This document shows positions 30,575 through 39,326 of a stretch of 64,000 nucleotides of DNA, one piece after another (position 1 is the first letter of the stretch; each line of letters begins with the position of its first letter). A program made the position numbers and the translations under genes. The notes below the pieces were generated by a model that saw nothing but the letters and a program-made list of their open reading frames with translations, had not been told where the DNA came from and ran no database searches. Location of the stretch: NCBI GenBank assembly GCA_024710845.1, contig JANJTZ010000023.1:12248-76247 (forward strand), in the 5' to 3' direction. Source of the stretch: Mesorhizobium sp. Its GTDB lineage: Bacteria; Pseudomonadota; Alphaproteobacteria; Rhizobiales; Rhizobiaceae.

Positions 30575-31549
30575 TTACTTTGTGGCCTTGACGTCTTCGA
30601 CCATCTTCTGCAGCACCGGATCAGTGACGTGCTTGGCGTAGACCGGGGCCATCGCGTCGATGAAGCCCTGCTTCTCGGGGGTCGTGATCATCGCGCCGGC
30701 GGCGATGACCTTGGCCTTGGACTCCTCGACCTTGGCCGACCACAGTTCCCGCTGCTTGGCGACGCTCTCCGTGGCCGCGGCCTTGAAGATCGCCTGGTCT
30801 TCCGGCGTCAGCTTGTCCCAGGCCGCCTTGTTCATCACGAAAACCTCGGGAAGGATCGTGTGTTCGTCGAGAGAGTAGTTCTTCGCGACCTCGAAGTGCT
30901 TGGCGGTGTCATAACTCGGATAGTTGTTCTCCGCGCCGTCGATGACGCCGGTTTCGATGCCGGAATAGACCTCGCCATAGGGCATCGGCGTCGCGTTGGC
31001 GCCGAGTGCGGCGACCATGTCGACGAAGATGTCGGACTGGATGACGCGGAACTTGAGGCCTTTCATGTCGGCGACCGAGTTGATCGGCTTGGTCTTGTTG
31101 TAGAAGGAGCGCGCGCCGGCGTCATAGAAGGCGAGCACGACCAGCCCCGCCGGCTCGAACGCCGCCTTGATCTGGTCGCCGATCGGGCCGTCCATCACCT
31201 TGTGCATGTGATCTTCCGAGCGGAAGATGTAGGGCAGCGCCGGCACGATCGTCTCCTTCACCGTGCCGTTGAACGGCGCCATGGAGATGCGGTTGAGCTC
31301 GATGACGCCCGAGCGCACCTGCTCGATCGTGTCCTTCTCCTGGCCGAGCTGGGCGGAGTGATAGACCTCGACGGAATAGCGTCCGTTGGTGCGCTGCTTC
31401 ACCAACTCGCCGAAGTATTTGACCCCCTCGACCGTCGGATATCCATCCGGATGGGTGTCGGACGATTTCAGCACGGTCTGCGCGAGCGCGCTCGCCGTCA
31501 TCAGCGCGGTGATTGCCGCGGCAGTCGCAAATTTGCGGATCAGGTTCAT
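30575..31549 (-). CDS. dctP: TRAP transporter substrate-binding protein
   Basis: 324 aa starting MNLIRKFATAAAITALMTASALA|QTVLKSSDTHPDGYPTV. GGGAGG Shine-Dalgarno. The ORF extension to 31693 is rejected. Confidence 0.9.
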   Translation of the reverse strand: MNLIRKFATAAAITALMTASALAQTVLKSSDTHPDGYPTVEGVKYFGELVKQRTNGRYSVEVYHSAQLGQEKDTIEQVRSGVIELNRISMAPFNGTVKETIVPALPYIFRSEDHMHKVMDGPIGDQIKAAFEPAGLVVLAFYDAGARSFYNKTKPINSVADMKGLKFRVIQSDIFVDMVAALGANATPMPYGEVYSGIETGVIDGAENNYPSYDTAKHFEVAKNYSLDEHTILPEVFVMNKAAWDKLTPEDQAIFKAAATESVAKQRELWSAKVEESKAKVIAAGAMITTPEKQGFIDAMAPVYAKHVTDPVLQKMVEDVKATK

Positions 31550-31581
31550 GAGTTCCTCCCTTGGGTTCCTGATGTTGCAGT

Positions 31582-32997
31582 TCAAAGTCTGTAGGCGCGC
31601 TTGGCCAGGCGGTAGGCGAGATCGTGGGCGAGTTCGGCCGCTTCGTCGTCGCGAAGCTGGCCTGCGACCACGAGGTCCGCGAGGTAGGCGCAATCAACCC
31701 GCCGGGCGACGTCGTGCCGGGCGGGTATCGAGGGAAAGGCGCGGGTGTCGTCGTTGAAGCCGACGGTGTTGTAGAAGCCGGCGGTTTCAGTCGTCAGTTC
31801 GCGGAAGCGGCGCATGCCGGCGGGACTGTCGAAGAACCACCAGGCCGGGCCAAGCTTGAGGCAGGGATAGACGCCAGCCAGCGGGGCGAGTTCGCGGCCG
31901 TAGGCGGTCTCGTCGAGCGTGAACAGGATGACGGTCAGGTTCGGTTCCAGACCGACCGCGTCGAGCAGCGGTTTCAGCGCCTGGACGTAGTCGGTGCGGC
32001 CGGGGATGTCGAAACCCTTGTCGCGGCCGAAGCGGGCGAAGATGTCGGCCGAGTGGTTTCGGCGCGACCCGGCATGGATCTGCATCACCATGCCGTCTTC
32101 GACGCTCATCTTCGCCATCTCGGTCAGCATCTGCGCACGGAACAGACGCGCTTCCTCCGGCGTCGCGTCGCGGGAAACGACGATCGAGTAGAGCTTGGCA
32201 GCGGCTTCGGCCGAGAGGTTCGCCGTGTCGGCGCTCGGGTGGCCGTGGTCGGTCGCGGTCGCGCCATGCGCGCGGAAGAAGGCGCGGCGCGCCCGGTGCG
32301 CGTCGAGATAGCCCTGCCAGGCGCCGGTGTCGCAGCCGGTGATTTCGCCGAAGGCGCGCAGATTGTTGCGGAAGCCTTCGAAGTCCGGATCGACGACGGA
32401 GTCCGGCCGGTAGGTCGTCACCACGCGGCCCTTCCAGCCCGACTGCTGCAACTGGGCGTGCCACCTGAGGTCGTCGAGCGCGCCTTCAGTGGTGGCGATC
32501 ACCTCGATGTTGAAACGCTCATAGAGAGCGCGCGGACGAAACTCGTCCTGGCGCAGCTTCTCGTCGATGGCGTCGTAGTAGAGATCAGCCGTGGCCGACG
32601 AGAGGGGAACGTCGAGGCCGAAAAGCGTCTCGAACGTGTGGTCGAGCCACAGCCGCGACGGCGTCGCGCGGAACAGGTGATAGTGCTCGGCGAACAGTCG
32701 CCAGATTGCGCGCGGATCCGTCTCGACCGCGCCGCCATCGACGCGCGGCACGCCGAGGCTCTCCAGCGGCACGCCCTGGCTGTAGAGCATGCGAAACAGG
32801 TAGTGGTCGGGAACGACGATGAGCTGGGCGGGGTCTGGAAAGTTGGCGTTTTCGGCAAACCAGCGCGGATCGGTGTGCCCGTGCGGGCTGATGATCGGCA
32901 GGTCCTTGACCGATGCGTGGAGTTGACGCGCTAATGCGCGCGCCGCGGGATCGGCCGGAAAAAGTCTGTCGTCGTTCAGCAGAGACACGCCGGACAT
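31582..32997 (-). CDS. uxaC: Glucuronate isomerase (uronate isomerase)
   Basis: 471 aa; DLPIISPHGHTDPRWFAEN...VPDHYLFRMLYSQG is UxaC-like. Confidence 0.95.
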   Translation of the reverse strand: MSGVSLLNDDRLFPADPAARALARQLHASVKDLPIISPHGHTDPRWFAENANFPDPAQLIVVPDHYLFRMLYSQGVPLESLGVPRVDGGAVETDPRAIWRLFAEHYHLFRATPSRLWLDHTFETLFGLDVPLSSATADLYYDAIDEKLRQDEFRPRALYERFNIEVIATTEGALDDLRWHAQLQQSGWKGRVVTTYRPDSVVDPDFEGFRNNLRAFGEITGCDTGAWQGYLDAHRARRAFFRAHGATATDHGHPSADTANLSAEAAAKLYSIVVSRDATPEEARLFRAQMLTEMAKMSVEDGMVMQIHAGSRRNHSADIFARFGRDKGFDIPGRTDYVQALKPLLDAVGLEPNLTVILFTLDETAYGRELAPLAGVYPCLKLGPAWWFFDSPAGMRRFRELTTETAGFYNTVGFNDDTRAFPSIPARHDVARRVDCAYLADLVVAGQLRDDEAAELAHDLAYRLAKRAYRL

Positions 32998-33075
32998 TTC
33001 CTCCCGAAAGATCCTTGCGGCAAACTGGTATGGAAGTATACATGTTATGTCAACATCGATTCCGGCGAAATTTGT

Positions 33076-33768
33076 ATGATGAATATCAGCAAGCTTGAAT
33101 TCGACACCGAAGCACGTCCGACCATCGCAAAGCGGATTGCCGAGTCGCTGCGGGATGCCATCGTCTCATTGGAATTGAAGCCAGGAGACACGATCTCCGA
33201 GAGCGATATCGCCGCCCGTTTCGGCGTCTCGCGCCAGCCGGTGCGCGAGGCATTCATCCAACTGGCGGAACAGGGCCTGCTGCGCATCCGTCCGCAGCGG
33301 TCGACGGAAGTGGTGCGCATCTCGATCCGCGACGTGCTGAACGCCCGCTTCGTGCGCGAGGCTCTGGAGGTGGCAGTCGTGCGCAAGGCGGCGGCCGAAT
33401 CCGCCGATCTGCCGGACGATGTCTTCGAAGAGCTCTACCGCTCGCAGACTGCGGCGTCGGATGCCAACGACTATCGCGCCTTCCATGCTAAGGACGATGC
33501 CTTCCATCGCCTGATCGCGAAGCTCTCCGGCAACGAGTTCGTGTGGAAGCTGATCGACGCACAGAAGGTGCAGATGGACCGGGTGCGCTTCCTCTCCCTC
33601 AAGCTCGGCATGCCCGGGACGATCCGCGAGCACCGCGACATCGGCGAGGCGATCCTGTCAGGCAATCCCGATCTGGCCGAGGCGCATATGCGCAAGCACC
33701 TGCGCAAGATCGACACGCAGATCCACCAGATCCGCGATCTGAACCGGGAGTATTTCCAGGAGGAATGA
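33076..33768 (+). CDS. GntR family (FCD) transcriptional regulator
   Basis: 230 aa; wHTH ESDIAARFGVSRQPVREAFIQLAEQGLLRIRPQRST plus an FCD domain. Divergent from uxaC. Confidence 0.85.
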   Translation: MMNISKLEFDTEARPTIAKRIAESLRDAIVSLELKPGDTISESDIAARFGVSRQPVREAFIQLAEQGLLRIRPQRSTEVVRISIRDVLNARFVREALEVAVVRKAAAESADLPDDVFEELYRSQTAASDANDYRAFHAKDDAFHRLIAKLSGNEFVWKLIDAQKVQMDRVRFLSLKLGMPGTIREHRDIGEAILSGNPDLAEAHMRKHLRKIDTQIHQIRDLNREYFQEE

Positions 33769-33770
33769 GG

Positions 33771-33877
33771 GGCGAATGGCGAATAAGATTGGGTGAGGCT
33801 GCCTGCACGCCAAGTCCGCGCCCGCCGTTTTCCCTATTCGCTATTCCCTACTCGCCATTCGCCACTCCCCATTCGCC
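33771..33877. repeat. Heptanucleotide repeat locus: 2 x GGCGAAT facing 7 tandem AYTCSCY heptamers
   Basis: GGCGAAT GGCGAAT at 33771-33784. TTTCCCT ATTCGCT ATTCCCT ACTCGCC ATTCGCC ACTCCCC ATTCGCC at 33829-33877. GGCGAATGGCGA (33771-82) is perfectly complementary to TCGCCATTCGCC (33852-63). Confidence 0.8.
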
Positions 33878-33882
33878 CTAGA

Positions 33883-35055
33883 CTACAACTTCGTCCAGGC
33901 CGCGTTCTTCTTCGACGATCTCACGCAGGCCTCGACGAATGCGACGCCTTCGACGCCGTCATGGATGGTCGGATAGACCACATCCTTCGCCGGCTTGCCG
34001 TTCTTCTTTCGCGCCGCCCGGATTGCCCGCGCGGCCTCGGCATAGATCGTCGCAAAACCCTCCAGATAGCCTTCCGGATGGCCGGACGGCACGCGGCTGA
34101 CGCGGGCCGCGGCAGGGCCTGCGCCGGCACCGGCGCGGGTGATCAATTGTTTCGGTTCGCCAAACGGCGTGTACCAGAGATGGTTCGGCTGTTCCTGGCT
34201 CCACTCGATGCCGCCCTTGGTGCCGTAGACGCGCAGCTTCAGCGCGTTCTCGTTGCCCGGCGCCACCTGGCTCGCCCACAACATGCCCTTTGCGCCGCCC
34301 TTGAAGCGCAGCATGACATGCGCGTTGTCGTCGAGCAGGCGGCCCTTCACGAAGGCGTTCAGATCGGCTGACAAGCTGTCGAGTTCGAGGCCGGAGACGA
34401 AGCGGGCCAAGTTGTAGGCATGCGTGCCGATGTCGCCGGTGGCACCGCCGACGCCCGACTGCTTCGGGTCGGTGCGCCACACCGCCTGCTTGGCGCCGGT
34501 GTCCTCGACCTTGGTGGTCAGCCAGTCCTGGGGATACTCGGCCTGGATCACGCGGATCTCTCCGAGCTGGCCCTTCTGCACCATCTCGCGGGCGTGGCGG
34601 ATCATCGGATAGCCGGTGTAGTTGTGCGTCAGCACGAAGACCTTGCCGGACTTCTCGACCAGCGCCGCCAGCTTCTTCGCGTCCGCCAGGTTCGACGTCA
34701 GCGGCTTGTCGCAGATCACGTGGATGCCGGCCTCCAGAAACGCCTTGGCCGCCGGCCAGTGCATGTGGTTGGGCGTGACGATCGACACCGCCTCGATGCC
34801 GTCGGCGCGCTTCGCCTCGGCCTTGGCCATCTCGGCGAAGGAGCCGTAGCTGCGCGAAGGGTCGAGGCCGAGTTCGGCGGCCGACGCCCTCGCCTTCTCG
34901 GGACTGGACGACAGCGCGCCGGCGACCAGCTGGAACTCGCCGTCGATGCGCGCCGCGATGCGGTGCACCCCGCCGATGAACGCACCCTGCCCGCCGCCGA
35001 CCATGCCGAGCCGGATCGGACCGTTGCCGGATTCAATCGTCTTGCCGCTGACCAT
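33883..35055 (-). CDS. Gfo/Idh/MocA family oxidoreductase
   Basis: 390 aa; N-terminal Rossmann IRLGMVGGGQGAFIGGVHR plus the family's C-terminal alpha/beta domain. Confidence 0.9.
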   Translation of the reverse strand: MVSGKTIESGNGPIRLGMVGGGQGAFIGGVHRIAARIDGEFQLVAGALSSSPEKARASAAELGLDPSRSYGSFAEMAKAEAKRADGIEAVSIVTPNHMHWPAAKAFLEAGIHVICDKPLTSNLADAKKLAALVEKSGKVFVLTHNYTGYPMIRHAREMVQKGQLGEIRVIQAEYPQDWLTTKVEDTGAKQAVWRTDPKQSGVGGATGDIGTHAYNLARFVSGLELDSLSADLNAFVKGRLLDDNAHVMLRFKGGAKGMLWASQVAPGNENALKLRVYGTKGGIEWSQEQPNHLWYTPFGEPKQLITRAGAGAGPAAARVSRVPSGHPEGYLEGFATIYAEAARAIRAARKKNGKPAKDVVYPTIHDGVEGVAFVEACVRSSKKNAAWTKL

Positions 35056-35058
35056 GGC

Positions 35059-36114
35059 TCAGATCCCCATCAGCTTGCGCAGCGCACCCTTGTCGGGCTT
35101 GGCGCCGGCGAAGTCGTCGAAGGCCCTTTCGGTGACGCGGATGATGTGGCTGTCGATGAAAGGCGCGCCTTCGGCGGCGCCGTCCTCGGGGTGCTTCAGG
35201 CAGCATTCCCATTCCAGCACAGCCCACGAGTCATAATCGTATTGCGCGAGCTTGGAGAAGATGCCGGAGAAGTCGACCTGGCCGTCGCCGAGCGAGCGGA
35301 ACCGGCCGGCGCGCTGGACCCAGCCCTGGTAGCCCGAATAGACGCCCTGGCGGCCGTCCGGGTTGAATTCGGCGTCCTTCACGTGGAAGGCCTTGATGCG
35401 CTCGTGGTAGATGTCGATGAAGGCGAGATAGTCGAGCTGCTGCAGCAGGAAGTGCGACGGGTCGTAGTTGATGTTGGCCCGCTTGTGGCCGCCCACCGCA
35501 TCCACGAACATCTCGAAGGTCGCGCCGTCAAACACGTCCTCGCCGGGATGGATCTCGTAGCAGACGTCGACGCCTGCATCCTCATAGGCGTCGAGGATCG
35601 GCTTCCAGCGCTTGCCGAGCTCAGCAAAGGCCTCCTCGATGAGACCCGCAGGGCGCTGCGGCCAGGGATAGAGATAGGGGAAGGCGAGCGCGCCGGTGAA
35701 GGAGACGGACGCGGTCAGCCCGAGATTCTTGGATGCCTTGGCGGCGTATTTCATCTGCTCGACGGCCCACTTCTGCCGCGCCTTGGGGTTATTGTGCACC
35801 TCGGGCGGCGCGAAGCCGTCGAACATCGAATCGTAGGCCGGATGGACCGCCACGAGCTGCCCCTGCAGATGGGTCGACAATTCGGTGATCTCGACGCCCG
35901 CGTCGGAGCAGATGCCCTTGACCTCGTCGCAATAGGACTTGGAGGTCGCCGCCTTCTTCAGGTCGAACAGGCGCCCGTCCCAGGTCGGAATCTGCACCCC
36001 CTTGTAGCCGAGACCGGCTGCCCATTTCGTGATCGCCGGCAGCGAATTGAACGGCGCGGCGTCGCCGCCGAACTGCGCCAGGAAGATTCCCGGCCCCTTC
36101 ATGGTCTTCGGCAT
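35059..36114 (-). CDS. Sugar phosphate isomerase/epimerase (xylose isomerase-like TIM barrel)
   Basis: 351 aa starting MPKTMKGPGIFLAQFGGDAAPFNSLPAITKWAAGLGYKGVQIP. Lies 3 nt upstream of the Gfo/Idh/MocA gene. Confidence 0.8.
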   Translation of the reverse strand: MPKTMKGPGIFLAQFGGDAAPFNSLPAITKWAAGLGYKGVQIPTWDGRLFDLKKAATSKSYCDEVKGICSDAGVEITELSTHLQGQLVAVHPAYDSMFDGFAPPEVHNNPKARQKWAVEQMKYAAKASKNLGLTASVSFTGALAFPYLYPWPQRPAGLIEEAFAELGKRWKPILDAYEDAGVDVCYEIHPGEDVFDGATFEMFVDAVGGHKRANINYDPSHFLLQQLDYLAFIDIYHERIKAFHVKDAEFNPDGRQGVYSGYQGWVQRAGRFRSLGDGQVDFSGIFSKLAQYDYDSWAVLEWECCLKHPEDGAAEGAPFIDSHIIRVTERAFDDFAGAKPDKGALRKLMGI

Positions 36115-36385
36115 GTGATTGTCCTCCCAGACGCTCTTTCTAGAAGGCCGTACCGCGGGCGCGCAATCGAAATGCGCAAGGCGCGCGACAGGTGGCCTCG
36201 TCCGCTCTGGTATGACCAACGAAGGCGACCGGGTCAAGACCTTGCCCGCGACCGATCCGGCCGTTTTCCGTTCAAATTCCCGCTTCATTGCCATTTTTCC
36301 AGCACTTTCTTCGATGTCCTGATCCGAACAATCGGCGTGCTTGCGAGGCTGGTCGAAATGGGCTACTCGTCACAATGCTTGAATT

Positions 36386-36396
36386 TGGTCCAACCA
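36386..36396. promoter_or_regulatory. TGGT-N3-ACCA motif, candidate FadR-type GntR operator
   Basis: TGGTCCAACCA lies about 100 nt upstream of the ATG at 36494, in the 379-bp divergent region. It resembles the generic GntR/FadR half-site arrangement. Short, so weak evidence. Confidence 0.25.
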
Positions 36397-36493
36397 GTTT
36401 TCGGATTGCTTGGCCCTGGGAGGAATTCGGGCAGCGGTTCTGACGCGGATTTCGCGCGCCCTGCCCGGTCGAGACATTCGGAGAGGAGACATC

Positions 36494-37381
36494 ATGCATC
36501 TTTCGACACACAACTGGATGCGCGCCGAGCCGCTGGAAACGACGCTGAAGCGGATCAAGAAGTTCGGCTACGAGTCGATCGAGATCTCCGGCGAACCGGA
36601 GCAATACAAGACGAAGGAAACGCGCGCGCTGCTCAAGGAGCACGGCATCCGCTGCTGGGGCTCGGTCACGCTGATGCTCGGCGAGCGCAACCTCGCCGCC
36701 AAAGACCAGGGCCAGCGCGAGCGCTCGGTACAATACGTCAAGGACGTGCTGACCATGGTCAGCGAGCTGGATGGCGAGATCATCACCCTCGTGCCGGCCA
36801 CCGTCGGCAAGGTCGTGCCGGACGGCACCGAGGAAGAGGAGTGGAAGTGGGTGGTGGACGCCACCCGCGAGTGCTTCAGCCATGCGAAGAAGGTCGGCGT
36901 GCGGGTCGCGGTCGAGCCGCTGAACCGCTTCGAGACCTATCTGTTCAATCGCGGCGAACAGGCGCTGGCGCTGGCCGACGCGGTGTCGCCCGAATGCGGC
37001 GTCTGCCTAGACGCCTACCATATCCACATGGAGGAGTTTGACGTCGAGGAGGCGATCCGCAAGGCCGGCAAGCGCCTGTTCGACTTCCACGTCGCCGACA
37101 ACAACCGCTTCGCCGCCGGCCTCGGCACGATCGACTGGAAGAAGCTCGTCGGCATCCTCAAGGATGTCGGCTATAACGGCGCGCTGACCAACGAGTTCGT
37201 CGCGCCCGTCGACCGCACGCCGGCCAACCGCTACCCGGACATGGTCGAGCGCAATCCCGTCGACATCTCGCCGGAACAGCTGAAGTTCATCCAGGATCAC
37301 GGCTCCTCGGTGCTAACCGAGAAGTTCTACACCGACCAGATGCGCATCACGGCGGAGACGCTTCTGCCGCTGATCAAGTGA
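36494..37381 (+). CDS. Sugar phosphate isomerase/epimerase (TIM barrel)
   Basis: 295 aa starting MHLSTHNWMRAEPLETTLKRIKKFGYESIEISGEP...VEPLNRFE...LDAYH. GGAGAGGAG Shine-Dalgarno. Confidence 0.85.
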   Translation: MHLSTHNWMRAEPLETTLKRIKKFGYESIEISGEPEQYKTKETRALLKEHGIRCWGSVTLMLGERNLAAKDQGQRERSVQYVKDVLTMVSELDGEIITLVPATVGKVVPDGTEEEEWKWVVDATRECFSHAKKVGVRVAVEPLNRFETYLFNRGEQALALADAVSPECGVCLDAYHIHMEEFDVEEAIRKAGKRLFDFHVADNNRFAAGLGTIDWKKLVGILKDVGYNGALTNEFVAPVDRTPANRYPDMVERNPVDISPEQLKFIQDHGSSVLTEKFYTDQMRITAETLLPLIK

Positions 37382-37438
37382 TCCGTTCAGGACAGGCCGC
37401 CCCTCGCCATCCGTGGCGGAGCGGTCCGAGGTAGAGAC

Positions 37439-38608
37439 ATGCGCATCGCACGGGTAAAGGCGTGGTGGGTGAGAATCCCGATCGACGCCGCACAGCAGCA
37501 CAAGAGCGATTTCGGCCAGATCGCCACGTTCGACGCGGCGATCGTGCGGGTCGAGACCGAGTCCGGCATCGTCGGCTGGGGCGAGGGCAAGAATGCCGCC
37601 GGCAGCGCCGGCACCTATGGCGCACTCGTGTCGCTGATCAACGACGAGGTCGGCCCAGCGATCCGCGGCCGCGACGCCCGCGACATCAACGGTATCTGGG
37701 AGATGCTGTACAATGGCGTCCGCCACCAGAAGGCGGCTGTGTCGGGCCACGTCATGCCCGCGCTCGCGCGGCGGGGGCTGACGATCGCCGCCATCAGCGC
37801 CGTCGACATCGCACTGTGGGACATTCTCGGCAAGTCGCTCGGAGTGCCGGTCTGGCAGCTGCTCGGCGGCAGGAAATCGGCACGCATGCCCGCCTACGCC
37901 TCCGGCGGCTGGGCCCCGGCCGAGACGATCGGCGCGCAGCTCCAGTCCTATATCGACAAGGGCGGCTTCACGGCGGTGAAGATGCGGGTGGGCTCCATGG
38001 ACGGCGCGCCGCACGTTTCCGCCGCCCGGGTCTCCGCCGCACGCGCCGCACTCGGCCCCGCCGTCTCGATCATGGTCGATGCGCACGGCACCTACACGGT
38101 CGCCGACGCCAAGCGCTTCGCCCACATGGTGCGCGACTGCGACCTCGCCTGGTTCGAGGAGCCGGTGACGGCCGACGACAGGCAGGGCATCGCCGAGGTG
38201 CGCGCGGCCTGCGGCATCCCGATCGCGGTCGGCGAAAGTGAGGCGACGCGATTCGATTTTCGCGATCTCGCAGTCGCGCGCGCCGCCGACGTGTTCCAGC
38301 CGGATCTCGGCTTCTGCGGCGGCATTTCGGAGGCGATGAAGATCGGCGCGATCGCCTCGGCCTTCAACATTCGCCTCTCGCCGCATCTGTGGGCCGGTGC
38401 GCCCGCCTTCTATGCCGGGCTGCACGTCTGCGCGGCGTCGCCGGCGAGCTTCATCCTGGAATACTCGCTCGGCGCCAACCCGATGCTGCACGATCTGGTG
38501 GTGGAGAAGCTCGATGTCGCCGACGGAACCATTGCAATTCCCGACGCGCCGGGTCTAGGCATCACGATCGACGAGGATTTCCTGAGAGCCTACTCAATGG
38601 GTGGCTGA
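37439..38608 (+). CDS. Enolase-superfamily enzyme (mandelate racemase/muconate lactonizing family; probable acid-sugar dehydratase)
   Basis: 389 aa; KMRVG, VDAHGTY, WFEEP and AVGESE are the metal-ligand pattern of the MR subgroup. Confidence 0.9.
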   Translation: MRIARVKAWWVRIPIDAAQQHKSDFGQIATFDAAIVRVETESGIVGWGEGKNAAGSAGTYGALVSLINDEVGPAIRGRDARDINGIWEMLYNGVRHQKAAVSGHVMPALARRGLTIAAISAVDIALWDILGKSLGVPVWQLLGGRKSARMPAYASGGWAPAETIGAQLQSYIDKGGFTAVKMRVGSMDGAPHVSAARVSAARAALGPAVSIMVDAHGTYTVADAKRFAHMVRDCDLAWFEEPVTADDRQGIAEVRAACGIPIAVGESEATRFDFRDLAVARAADVFQPDLGFCGGISEAMKIGAIASAFNIRLSPHLWAGAPAFYAGLHVCAASPASFILEYSLGANPMLHDLVVEKLDVADGTIAIPDAPGLGITIDEDFLRAYSMGG

Positions 38609-39326
38609 TCGCATGGCGGAAAAAGACCTGTTGCCGCATCTCGCGGCCTACCTGATCGCGAAATCGGACGCGGAGAGTCACCGCACCCCGTCCGAGCGGG
38701 AGCTTGCCGAGCATTTCCAGGTGTCGCGCGGCCAGATCCGCGAGGCGCTCGCCATTCTCGAGGCGATGCGGCTGGTGGAACGGCGCGCCAAGTCCGGCAT
38801 CTACCTCACCAAGCGCGAGGCGAGCGTCGAGGCGATGGCGCTGTTTGCCCGCGCCGGCCTGCCCCTCGATCCGGTGCAGATCTACGAGACGGTTGAACTG
38901 AGAAAGATCCATGAGATCAAGGCGGCCGAGCTCGCCTGCAGTCGCGCGACCGAGGAGAACTACGAGGCGCTGCGCGAGATCCTGCGCGCGTCCGAAGCGA
39001 AGATCGCGGCCGGCGAGCCGATCCATGTCGAGGACAAGGATTTCCACCTCGAGATCGTGCGCGCGACCAAGAACAGCGTCTTCTACCGCATCTGCACGCT
39101 CTACTACGTCATGGGAGAGGGCCGGCTGCCGGTCTATTTCAACGATCCCGAGCGCTGCCGCAAATCGCACGCCGAGCATCTGCAGATCTTCGAGGCGCTG
39201 CTGCGCCGGGACGGCAACCTCGCCCAGGCACTGATGAACGCGCATCTCCAGGGCGCGGAGAGCTACTGGAAGGGCCTGATCGGCGAGATGGACCAGAAGG
39301 AAAACGCGCGGCTGGAACATGCCTGA
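38601..39326 (+). CDS. GntR family (FCD) transcriptional regulator
   Basis: 241 aa; SERELAEHFQVSRGQIREALAILEAMRLVERRAKSG plus an FCD domain. 8-nt overlaps with both neighbours. Confidence 0.85.
   Translation: MADRMAEKDLLPHLAAYLIAKSDAESHRTPSERELAEHFQVSRGQIREALAILEAMRLVERRAKSGIYLTKREASVEAMALFARAGLPLDPVQIYETVELRKIHEIKAAELACSRATEENYEALREILRASEAKIAAGEPIHVEDKDFHLEIVRATKNSVFYRICTLYYVMGEGRLPVYFNDPERCRKSHAEHLQIFEALLRRDGNLAQALMNAHLQGAESYWKGLIGEMDQKENARLEHA

Noticed and set aside
33829-33877. Heptamer array as a CRISPR array
   Set aside because: The period is 7 nt with no spacers, the total length is 49 nt, and there are no cas genes. It is a microsatellite-type tandem repeat.
34420-37041. 873-aa plus-strand ORF crossing the oxidoreductase, isomerase and intergenic region
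   Set aside because: It crosses two well-supported minus-strand genes, a 379-bp intergenic region and part of a plus-strand gene in another frame. It has no recognisable domains. High-GC artefact.
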